Shown here piece after piece: positions 11,315-18,060 of a stretch of 26,625 nt of DNA. This DNA comes from a virus. The stretch is taken from IMG/VR virus record IMGVR_UViG_3300032038_000557, positions 1-26,625 of that record. One strand, 5' to 3'. The stretch's first letter is position 1, and every line of letters begins with the position of its first letter. The position numbers were made by a program, and so were the translations under genes. The notes beneath the pieces were generated by a model. It searched no databases and was not told the DNA's origin. It saw only the letters and a program-made list of their open reading frames with translations.

Positions 11315-11705
11315 AGTCAAATCATTTAAAGGAGTTAAGATTAAGTTCCACTTTATCGGATCATTGTCATTCACCACCAAAATCAGTAGTCTGTCTAGCA
11401 TACATTGGAGTAACCTTCAAATAAGTAGAAGCAGGATCAGTAGTAACACATCATCTATCATTAAATAATATTATAAGTATTCCTTTATTTGAAATTAACT
11501 CTTTGAATTTATCTAAATTGACTATAGTAGTTGGATATTGATTGGAATCAAATCTCCTTCGTTTAAGTTCTATTTCGTATCTTTTGTCTTTCCAGATGAA
11601 TCAACCATCCATTCTGGAGAATTGATCTTCATATCAGTAGAGTTGAATTCCTCACTTATCTAAGAAGATCTGTTCAATTTGTTGTTTAGAAATTGTATCA
11701 GTCAT
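11307..11705 (-). CDS. First gene of the early operon, hypothetical protein, 132 aa
   Basis: ATG 11703-11705 lies about 20 nt downstream of a -7 promoter box. Seven in-frame TGA (11322, 11361, 11367, 11451, 11601, 11634, 11652) against one TGG. Stop is TAA at 11307-11309. No ORF is reported here in the standard-code track. Confidence 0.7.
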
Positions 11706-11725
11706 AGGCTATTAGTTTTACAAGA

Positions 11726-11756
11726 CAAATATAACAAATACTTATGACTTTTCAAA
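11726..11756 (-). promoter_or_regulatory. Bacteroidota-type promoter P1 (-33 TTTG, 19-nt spacer, -7 TATATTTG)
   Basis: Minus strand reads TTTG (11756-11753), a 19-nt spacer, then TATATTTG (11733-11726). This matches the Bacteroides -33 TTTG / -7 TAnnTTTG consensus. It has the same architecture as P2 at 14219-14249. Confidence 0.6.
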
Positions 11757-11802
11757 ATATTTTAATAAGTTTTTTAAAATATTTATTAATCAAAGGTTCA
11801 CA

Positions 11803-11880
11803 TTACTATTAGATCTTTTATTATATATTTTTTATTGATACGGGATATTCGGTACTACCTAAGCAGGATATTTGGTACTT
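11803..11880. repeat. Regulatory repeat R1 (about 80 percent identical to R2), carrying two 13-nt sites GGATATTCGGTAC and GGATATTTGGTAC
   Basis: Aligned by eye with 14064-14143. Sub-sites are at 11843-11855 and 11866-11878, 23 nt apart in direct orientation. Confidence 0.65.
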
Positions 11881-11946
11881 CAAGAAAAAATACTATATTT
11901 GCGACTAACATCATCAGTCTTCATCTTAAGTATCTAAAAGTCAGTG

Positions 11947-11983
11947 CAGGATAGTCGAGGGTTCGAGTCCCTTCCGCACCGCA
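11947..11983 (+). other. tRNA 3'-end fragment, candidate attP core
   Basis: T-arm GAGGG-TTCGAGT-CCCTT (11957-11973) is followed by the acceptor 3' strand CCGCACC and discriminator G. The matching 5' strand GGTGCGG and an anticodon arm are absent upstream. It lies 115 nt upstream of the integrase gene. Confidence 0.6.
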
Positions 11984-11992
11984 GAATAACTG

Positions 11993-12027
11993 AAAAGGTA
12001 CTTTGGAGTAGATCTAAGGTACCTTTT
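11993..12027 (+). terminator. Hairpin just downstream of the tRNA-like fragment
   Basis: AAAAGGTAC (11993-12001) pairs with GTACCTTTT (12019-12027) around a 17-nt loop. It could terminate the reconstituted tRNA gene after integration. Confidence 0.35.
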
Positions 12028-12097
12028 CTTATTAGAAATGGTTCTTAGTTGCGACTGATTTGAAATGGAATGAAAACTAGTCTCAATTATTATTGTT

Positions 12098-13225
12098 ATG
12101 AGAACCACATTCAACATTGGTTTCGTTTGCAGACCATCAAAAGCAAACAAGTTAGGATTAGCTCCAGTAGAGCTAACAATCATCATTAATGGCTCTAGAG
12201 CTTACTTAACGTTACAAAGAAAAGAGAATCCAAGTAAGTTCAAGAAGTTGATTGCACAATCTAAACAGAATGATCTTAAGACTTATCTGAATCTGGTAGT
12301 TGATAAGATCAATGAAGCACAATTAGAACTACTGAGAAAGGGAATTCCAGTAACAGTAGAGGGATTGAGAGAATTCATTAAGAATGGTTGTACATCTTCT
12401 TATAAGGTAAGTAATCTCTTCTCTGATTACTTGATTCTATTAAGGAATAGAATAGGTGTAGATCTCACATATCCAGTTTACAGAAAGTATGAGATAGTTA
12501 GAGATTTGTTCTTATCCTTTACTGGAAATGTTGAATTATCATCTATCACTCCCTCTATCATTACTTCATTCTACATTCATCTAAACAAGCAATATCTTCC
12601 CACTACATCAGCAGGAATGATGACTAAGTTGAAGACAGTTATGCTTTACGCATTCAACAATGCTTTAATTAGACACAATCCTTTTTCGACTACTAAGATC
12701 GTTAAGAGAGTCAAAGAAGTTGAATTCTTAACAGAGAAAGAAATTCAAGTAATCAAGAAAAAGAACTTAATCTCTAGATTAGATAAAGTGAGGGATCTAT
12801 TTCTGTTTCAATGCTTTACTGGATTAAGTTATGTAGATATGTCTTTATTAACTAAAGATGATTTCAAAGTAAACGAATACAATCAAATCTTCATTCATAA
12901 AGAAAGAGTAAAGACTGGAGTTTCATTCACTACTGTATTACTGGAAGATGCTGTTAGAATAATCAAGAAATACGATTATCAACTTCCAGTAATAAGTAAT
13001 CAAAAGTACAATGGCTATCTAAAAGAGATTCAAGATATCTGTTGTATCAAGAAATCCCTTCATTCGCACATAGGAAGACACACAGCAGCCACTTATCTAC
13101 TGAATAAGGGAATACCCTTAGAGACAGTTTCAAAGATCTTAGGACACAGTAATATCAAGCAAACACAACATTATGCTAAATTGGTTGATAAGTCTGTCTT
13201 TGCTGCAATAAATAAAATTTCATAA
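12098..13225 (+). CDS. int: Tyrosine recombinase / phage integrase, 375 aa, Bacteroidota-style arm-binding N-terminus
   Basis: Intact ORF under any code. C-terminal catalytic motifs HSHIGRHTAATYLL and LGHSNIKQTQHYAKL (R, H-x-x-R, H/Y pattern). Stop is TAA. The protein contains no Trp at all, so neither TGG nor TGA occurs. Confidence 0.9.
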   Translation: MRTTFNIGFVCRPSKANKLGLAPVELTIIINGSRAYLTLQRKENPSKFKKLIAQSKQNDLKTYLNLVVDKINEAQLELLRKGIPVTVEGLREFIKNGCTSSYKVSNLFSDYLILLRNRIGVDLTYPVYRKYEIVRDLFLSFTGNVELSSITPSIITSFYIHLNKQYLPTTSAGMMTKLKTVMLYAFNNALIRHNPFSTTKIVKRVKEVEFLTEKEIQVIKKKNLISRLDKVRDLFLFQCFTGLSYVDMSLLTKDDFKVNEYNQIFIHKERVKTGVSFTTVLLEDAVRIIKKYDYQLPVISNQKYNGYLKEIQDICCIKKSLHSHIGRHTAATYLLNKGIPLETVSKILGHSNIKQTQHYAKLVDKSVFAAINKIS

Positions 13226-13279
13226 CTTTGCATATTCCCATTGAGGTTTATTTCCTTTTTGGGTCTATACAAATTCTAC

Positions 13280-13320
13280 AGTACAGCTCCGTTGTGATAA
13301 TGCAGCTGTACTTTTCTTTA
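13280..13320 (+). terminator. Rho-independent terminator of the integrase gene
   Basis: AGTACAGCT (13280-13288) pairs with AGCTGTACT (13304-13312), followed by TTTCTTTAT. Confidence 0.6.
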
Positions 13321-13336
13321 TAGGAATCGAACCTAT
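13320..13336 (-). other. Isolated tRNA T-arm-like element (ATAGG-TTCGATT-CCTAT)
   Basis: Perfect 5-bp stem plus the canonical GGTTCGATTCC T-loop on the minus strand. The flanks did not fold into a cloverleaf: the acceptor would be AAAGAAA with no partner, and there is no anticodon arm. Confidence 0.4.
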
Positions 13337-13362
13337 TATGTAAGTAATTGATTTAGAATAAG

Positions 13363-14058
13363 TTAAATAATAGAGGTAAGAGACTTGTCGCTGATAAGTC
13401 TCTTTTTTCTTGGACATCCACCAAGACACCATCTTTCAAAAGCTTTTGGATTATCAGCTTTATCGATGTAAGAGAAATAAAAACTCTTAATCGTAACTGA
13501 TTGATAATCAATCAGCTCCATCTTCATTTCAGATATTGATTTTGAACAGTCATTCATAATTAATTGATTATCAATAACATAACCACTATTGTTTTTCCTA
13601 ATAAAACCCTCTCTCAAACCCTCTCCAAGTAGCTTAAAAAAGGTACTCCTACCTATTTTTAATTGCTTAATAAGCTCATTATTACTCAAACCAATTCAAT
13701 TTCCTTCTCCAAATCTGAATTCCGCTAATCTTAAAATGAAAGCAATCATCTTCGGATCCAACTTGAATATATCATTACTAATCCACATAAAATCCCTATT
13801 CTGGTTAACTACTTGATAGCTAACCAGATTTCTTCCCTTAGTATGATGTGAAGTTTTCTTTACTAGACCTTTCTTTACTAAAAGACTAGTGATCTTACTG
13901 ATAGTATCTAAATCTTTAATTCCAGTCTTCTGAGATATCTTCTCTCTTGTTATATGACTTTCTCCTTTTCAGTTTGAATAGCAGCTTAAAGTGGCATACA
14001 CTAAATACTCTCTATTACTTAAACCATTATGCTTCTTAACCTTAAATGAATTTTTCAT
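13363..14058 (-). CDS. DNA-binding protein with two winged-helix/HTH-like segments, 231 aa; candidate lysogeny or early regulator, or replication initiator
   Basis: ATG 14056-14058. Fragment 13363-13689 extends upstream in frame. I translated the whole region: TGA at 13696 and 13969, no TAA or TAG. HTH-like segments are SHITREKISQKTGIKDLDTISKITSLLVKKGLV and LSNNELIKQLKIGRSTFFKLLGEGLREGFI. Confidence 0.7.
13378..13410 (+). terminator. Second plus-strand hairpin terminator inside the 3' end of the convergent gene
   Basis: AAGAGACTT (13378-13386) pairs with AAGTCTCTT (13396-13404), followed by TTTTCT. It may act bidirectionally between int and the convergent gene 13363-14058. Confidence 0.4.
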
Positions 14059-14063
14059 TGAAC

Positions 14064-14143
14064 TTACTATTAGATTTTTTATATTATATCTTTTATTGAT
14101 ACTGGATTTTCAGTACCACTGATACCTGATTTTCGGTACTCAC
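14064..14143. repeat. Regulatory repeat R2, carrying GGATTTTCAGTAC and TGATTTTCGGTAC
   Basis: Sub-sites at 14104-14116 and 14127-14139, 23 nt apart as in R1. R2 abuts the ATG of gene 13363-14058. Confidence 0.65.
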
Positions 14144-14158
14144 TAATTTAAAAAGATA

Positions 14159-14176
14159 GGTGGAGTCTCCTCCACC
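14159..14176 (-). promoter_or_regulatory. GC-rich leader hairpin between promoter P2 and R2 (possible attenuator)
   Basis: GGTGGAG (14159-14165) pairs with CTCCACC (14170-14176) around a 4-nt loop. On the minus strand it is followed by TATCTTTTT. Confidence 0.35.
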
Positions 14177-14218
14177 AATCTTAAATTGAATATATGGCAA
14201 ATATTCTTTTCGATGAAA

Positions 14219-14249
14219 CAAATATAACAATTATTTTGAATAATTCAAA
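14219..14249 (-). promoter_or_regulatory. Bacteroidota-type promoter P2 (-33 TTTG, 19-nt spacer, -7 TATATTTG)
   Basis: Minus strand reads TTTG (14249-14246), a 19-nt spacer, then TATATTTG (14226-14219). The local sequence ACAAATATAACAA is shared with P1. Confidence 0.55.
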
Positions 14250-14257
14250 ATTATTCA

Positions 14258-14290
14258 ATAAAAAAAGAGTCTATTATATAGACTCTTTTC
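14258..14290 (-). terminator. Rho-independent terminator ending the late/lysis operon
   Basis: Perfect 9-bp stem AGAGTCTAT / ATAGACTCT (14266-14274 and 14278-14286) with a 3-nt loop. An A-run and a T-run flank it, so it could be bidirectional. It overlaps the TAA of the last late gene. Confidence 0.75.
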
Positions 14291-14489
14291 CAATATGTAT
14301 CTTTCCACATTCTTTACATACATAAGCTACATATCCACACTTCTTGAAATGTACGTTTATGTAATCTAATGCTTCTTCTTCATCTTTAAATGCTCTTTTA
14401 ACCTTTCACTTACCATTCTTCTTGGTTCAGTGACATCTGTAGTGAGTATGTTTGTTGCAATCAGATCTACTTCTCGAAATCATAGTCAT
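14274..14489 (-). CDS. Small Cys/His-rich (zinc-ribbon-like) protein, 71 aa, last gene of the lysis cassette
   Basis: ATG 14487-14489 overlaps the end of the endolysin gene. Cys/His pattern DCNKHTHYRCH...KKCGYVAYVCKECGKIH. TGA at 14406 and 14427. Stop is TAA at 14274-14276. Confidence 0.55.
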
Positions 14490-14976
14490 TCAATCTATTC
14501 ATTCAACCTCTTAAGAATACTCTTTGAGAAGGATTTCTCCTAACTATCTCATAAAAGAAATCTCTTCTTGCGTCTCATATCTTCTTAAATAAATCTTCTT
14601 GATTAGCCTCATTTAAGGCTCTTAAAGTGATTGGACCTATAATTCCATCAACTCTTACTTCAAGGAGCTTCTGTAGCCGTTTAATTGCTGTTATTGGACC
14701 ACTTCCTCAAGCTCAATCAACTAATATATTAGCTATCGATTGATTGACTATTCTATCTCCTTTCATCTTGTCCCAATAACCAATTTTAAAGATTAAATCT
14801 CATTGTCCATCAGTAATCCTTCTTAAATCCTCTACTGTCTTATCTAAACCAAAATACTTTCTAAAGACAGCAATAGTGATTCCCTTATTAGTAGCTCCCC
14901 CTTTATCTAATGGATGATTTGAGAATCCTCCTTCTCATTTAAGAATCTTCGGTTTTAGTTTCCTGTAATCCGCCAT
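14467..14976 (-). CDS. Endolysin: GH108-type N-acetylmuramidase with a PG_binding_3-like C-terminal domain, 169 aa
   Basis: No ORF is reported here in the standard-code track. Codon-by-codon translation gives [34 protein letters not shown]...GYWDKM...ILVD-W-A-W-GSGP...[10 protein letters not shown]...FLRG-W-MNRL. Six TGA (14503, 14575, 14707, 14713, 14800, 14935) against one TGG. Stop is TAG at 14467-14469. Confidence 0.85.
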
Positions 14977-15397
14977 ATCCCATTTCAGTTAATATAGAAT
15001 CAAATGGTCTATTATCAAACAGATCTCCATCTTCCTTATGAGATTCTATGTAACGTTGTCCCATTCCCTTACAAGGTTTTCTCAATGGACAAGTTCCATT
15101 AGCACAGAATCCCACACTACACAAGATTAAATCATTATTTAAGTCATTTATCTCTTTATGTAATTGCTCTATTGTTTCTACATCAGAAGAATGAAATCCT
15201 CTCATAGTTTCCACTTCAGAAGATACCACTTCAAGAGCTCTCTGTAATGTTTCTACTGCTATTGATTCAGAAGTATTCTCCGCTTGACTTGCTTGAGCTT
15301 CTGCCAATCTTTTATTGGCTCTCCAGTTAACGAATATTGCTATTCCACCACCAGAGATAAATCCAATAATAGTAGTAATTATTGTTGTCCAATCCAT
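14939..15397 (-). CDS. Single-pass membrane protein, 152 aa; holin or spanin candidate
   Basis: N-terminal TM segment TTIITTIIGFISGGGIAIFV, then a coiled coil and a Cys-rich C-terminus. It lies immediately upstream of the endolysin and overlaps it by 38 nt. No TGA. Stop is TAA. Confidence 0.5.
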   Translation of the reverse strand: MDWTTIITTIIGFISGGGIAIFVNWRANKRLAEAQASQAENTSESIAVETLQRALEVVSSEVETMRGFHSSDVETIEQLHKEINDLNNDLILCSVGFCANGTCPLRKPCKGMGQRYIESHKEDGDLFDNRPFDSILTEMGYGGLQETKTEDS

Positions 15398-15822
15398 TAT
15401 TCATACTCCTCCACACATAATCCGTTTAGTGGAAGTTCAAATGTGATTGTCAAATAAACTCCTGCACAAACATCTTTGAATCTCTGATAGAATACTCTAA
15501 ACAATCCCGGTCTCAGTAAAGCTGCTTCTGGATACTCTTTATCGAAAGTATTGATTATGTTATTTAATACCGTAATACCTTCTGAATGAATCATATTCTG
15601 ATTCTCTTGTGTTTCATCCCATCTGCTTATAAAGAACAAATTCAAAGAATACTCTATTGTATCTTCATTTAATCTAAACTCATTTGGTGTTATGTAGAAC
15701 ACATTATAATCTATATCTGGCAAGCTATTCAGTTCGTAGAGATCTTTACTACCAGCAAAGTTCACATTAGCTTGCCTTAAAGCAATTTTCTTTAAGTTAG
15801 AAAGTAATTCATAGTAAGTCAT
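15397..15822 (-). CDS. Hypothetical virion protein, 141 aa, possible head-tail joining
   Basis: Intact ORF with ATG 15820-15822. Its TAA overlaps the next ATG by 1 nt. The function is inferred only from its position after the portal and connector genes. Confidence 0.6.
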   Translation of the reverse strand: MTYYELLSNLKKIALRQANVNFAGSKDLYELNSLPDIDYNVFYITPNEFRLNEDTIEYSLNLFFISRWDETQENQNMIHSEGITVLNNIINTFDKEYPEAALLRPGLFRVFYQRFKDVCAGVYLTITFELPLNGLCVEEYE

Positions 15823-15825
15823 AAT

Positions 15826-16428
15826 CTAATGTTTTTTACTTGGTCAATTCAATCCTCTCCAACACTCAAAGCAAGGAAAGATTACCTTTCCTCTATATCC
15901 TCCTAACCAAATAGGACTATTCGTAGAACTGTATAGTTGAGGATAAACATCTACTGGTCAATCAAATGAACGTAATTCTTCAAATTCTAATCTATTACCA
16001 ATCAAGTAATCCTGTAATCTCTCTTTAAAGAAGTTAGCTTTGTGATCGTAATAACTCTTTAAACTGTTTATATTCTTACTCTCAGAATGACTTAACTTTT
16101 CATCATCTGTCTGTCCTACACCGAAGTTTCCTATCTTATAACTTACTGGAACTATTATTTCTTTAAGGACAAAGAAACTTAAGAATGGTTGTATATAATC
16201 ATCTAATAGCTCTTTATACTTCTCATTCTCTGCATTATCTATTGTCTTATCAAACACCTTTCTCTGCAAAGATCTAAGTAATTCAGTACCAATGGTTTGC
16301 TGTAAATCAATAGATTGTGCTAACTTTATTGCTGTCTGTATATAGTTTCCACTAACGTTAAGATCCAGAACAGTTTCCGATTTCAAATAGTTCTCGGATA
16401 TTAATAATACATTCTTGTAATTATCCAT
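15826..16428 (-). CDS. Hypothetical protein, 200 aa, possible head-tail connector
   Basis: Fragment 15958-16428 continues in frame through TGA at 15958 and 15844 to TAG at 15826-15828, which lies 3 nt before the next ATG. Confidence 0.7.
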
Positions 16429-16439
16429 TTTAGTTGATT

Positions 16440-17510
16440 TTAATTGTTAATTGAGTCATCTTCCCATTTGATAATGAATGGACTGATAATCAATGAATTA
16501 GCACCAATAATAGTATTAAATGCACTCTCTATTTCTTTCTGAATTGGAGAAATAACAGTCTTATTATATAACTTGAAAGCAGCTTCAAACTCTACTGCTG
16601 AGAATCCATTGTTCTCTGGATTTAATCCGAATAAGCAAGGATTTGCTCTAAAAGCAATAAAGATTTGCTCTCTAGACCTCTTAGAAAGAGTTTCATATTT
16701 CTTATCGAAATCATCACCATCTAATCTCTCTACAGTTACTCTATTGTCTTCTGAATCATTATAAGCGATTAAGATTCTTCCTGCATTCTGGAAACCACCA
16801 AACTTCTCATTTATTTGTCTTTCTATCTCTTCTTGCTGTTCTTCGTTTGGTTGCCCATTATTGAAAGAAATCACCACATTAGACATAAAGCCATTATTGA
16901 TGTTGTTTAGATGAAATTCATTGATACATTTCTCTATTTCACAAGGAATGACAGCAGCACCATATAAAGGAATAGGATACACACTTCTTGTAACATTCCC
17001 TTTACTGTAATATATGCTTCTAGGAGCAGGATGCTCTGGATCAAACTTTGGTATTTCAATATACTTTGCTCCCCAACTATTCCAATCATTTGAATAGTAG
17101 AACTCAGTATTCTTATCATTTGATCTCAATTTCATAAAATCAATATGATTCAATCACTTTACTCTACCATCTAAACTTCTAATGATTTCAATTGCAAATC
17201 CACCGAATATCAGTTTATCTATTAAGAGTTTCCTCAACAGAGTATTGATTGTATCTCCACTCTCATTCACTACACCAGAAGGAAAGTAAGTACACTGTGC
17301 ATCATCTCCACAAGCAAAATCAACAGTACCGTTGATGATAGATTGTAGAGTGGCTACACTATTATATAAATCCCAAAGATAGTTGGGATAAGTATTTGTC
17401 TTTCCTCAATAGATCGGTTTCTTTGTCCTTACTTTAATTTCATCTGGTGAAGGAATATTGTTCACTACTATAGGATCTATCGCACTTAATTGAACTGTCT
17501 TATTCTCCAT
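16440..17510 (-). CDS. Portal protein, 356 aa
   Basis: ATG 17508-17510. Fragment 16440-17153 extends upstream in frame through TGA at 17154 and 17406 (context PIY-W-GK) with no TAA or TAG. The portal-like core reads FGGFQNAGRILIAYNDSEDNRVTVERL...REQIFIAFRANPCLFG. Confidence 0.8.
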
Positions 17511-17814
17511 ATGCTATATAACTATTTGATTTATTGTATGTTAGCTTACTTTCTTTCATTCCTATTCTAAGTAATCCAGTAGCTACTATCTTCGTTGGAT
17601 ATCCAATTAACAAACTGTTAAAGATGTTGTTTACGTCTATCTCTATATCTACTTGCTCTGGATTCTCTATTAGAAGATATTGATATTCAGCTTCTTTTGG
17701 ATCCTCCAGTTCTATTTGAAACTTATAGTATAATCCATCTGGATTCAAATCTTCCAGAATGTATTTATCAGTTTCTTTCGTTGTTGTGTTTTGTAATAAG
17801 AATGTATAATTCAT
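17500..17814 (-). CDS. Hypothetical protein, 104 aa
   Basis: Intact ORF ending in TAA. It overlaps the portal start by 11 nt. Confidence 0.6.
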   Translation of the reverse strand: MNYTFLLQNTTTKETDKYILEDLNPDGLYYKFQIELEDPKEAEYQYLLIENPEQVDIEIDVNNIFNSLLIGYPTKIVATGLLRIGMKESKLTYNKSNSYIAYGE

Positions 17815-17880
17815 AAAAATTCTATGTAAAATTGAGTTAAACTTCTTTAGATTAAAATATAATTGCCATCTAATTAGTAA

Positions 17881-17910
17881 GAAAAAGGGACTCCTAATAG
17901 GGAGTCCCTT
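17881..17910 (-). terminator. Rho-independent terminator inside the late region
   Basis: 10-bp stem AAGGGACTCC / GGAGTCCCTT (17885-17894 and 17901-17910) with a 6-nt loop. A T-run follows on the minus strand. Confidence 0.65.
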
Positions 17911-17916
17911 AATCAG

Positions 17917-18060
17917 TTAAATCTTAGCTAAAATGGCATTCAACTTTGCATCTACTTCAGCTTTAGTGTAGTGATCTCTTTCACTGTTAGTAGTAATTAC
18001 TCCAGCTTCTCTATAAACGTAAAACGTTTGTGGCTCTGTAGTATTTTTAAGAATTATCAT
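17917..18060 (-). CDS. Small hypothetical protein, 47 aa
   Basis: ATG 18058-18060 overlaps the upstream gene end. Sequence: MIILKNTTEPQTFYVYREAGVITTNSERDHYTKAEVDAKLNAILAKI. Stop is TAA at 17917-17919, just before the terminator. Confidence 0.4.
   Translation of the reverse strand: MIILKNTTEPQTFYVYREAGVITTNSERDHYTKAEVDAKLNAILAKI

Noticed and set aside
11905-11983. A complete tRNA gene, possibly a suppressor, ending at 11981
   Set aside because: The T-arm and acceptor 3' strand are clear. The required 5' acceptor strand GGTGCGG is absent within 100 nt upstream, and no anticodon stem can be drawn. The CTA triplet near 11934 has no flanking helix. I read it as an attP core fragment.
12059-12095. 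A Bacteroides-type promoter for the integrase (TTTG at 12059-12062 and TATTATTG at 12088-12095)
   Set aside because: The -7-like box has a mismatch and ends 2 nt before the ATG, so the predicted start would fall inside the ORF. The spacing to the TTTG is 25 nt rather than 19-21.
13315-13395. A minus-strand tRNA built around the GGTTCGATTCC T-loop at 13322-13332
   Set aside because: The acceptor would be AAAGAAA with no complementary 5' strand. I tried several registers and found no 5-bp anticodon stem. The TCA triplet nearby is preceded by A rather than the invariant U33. The region also overlaps the 3' end of gene 13363-14058.
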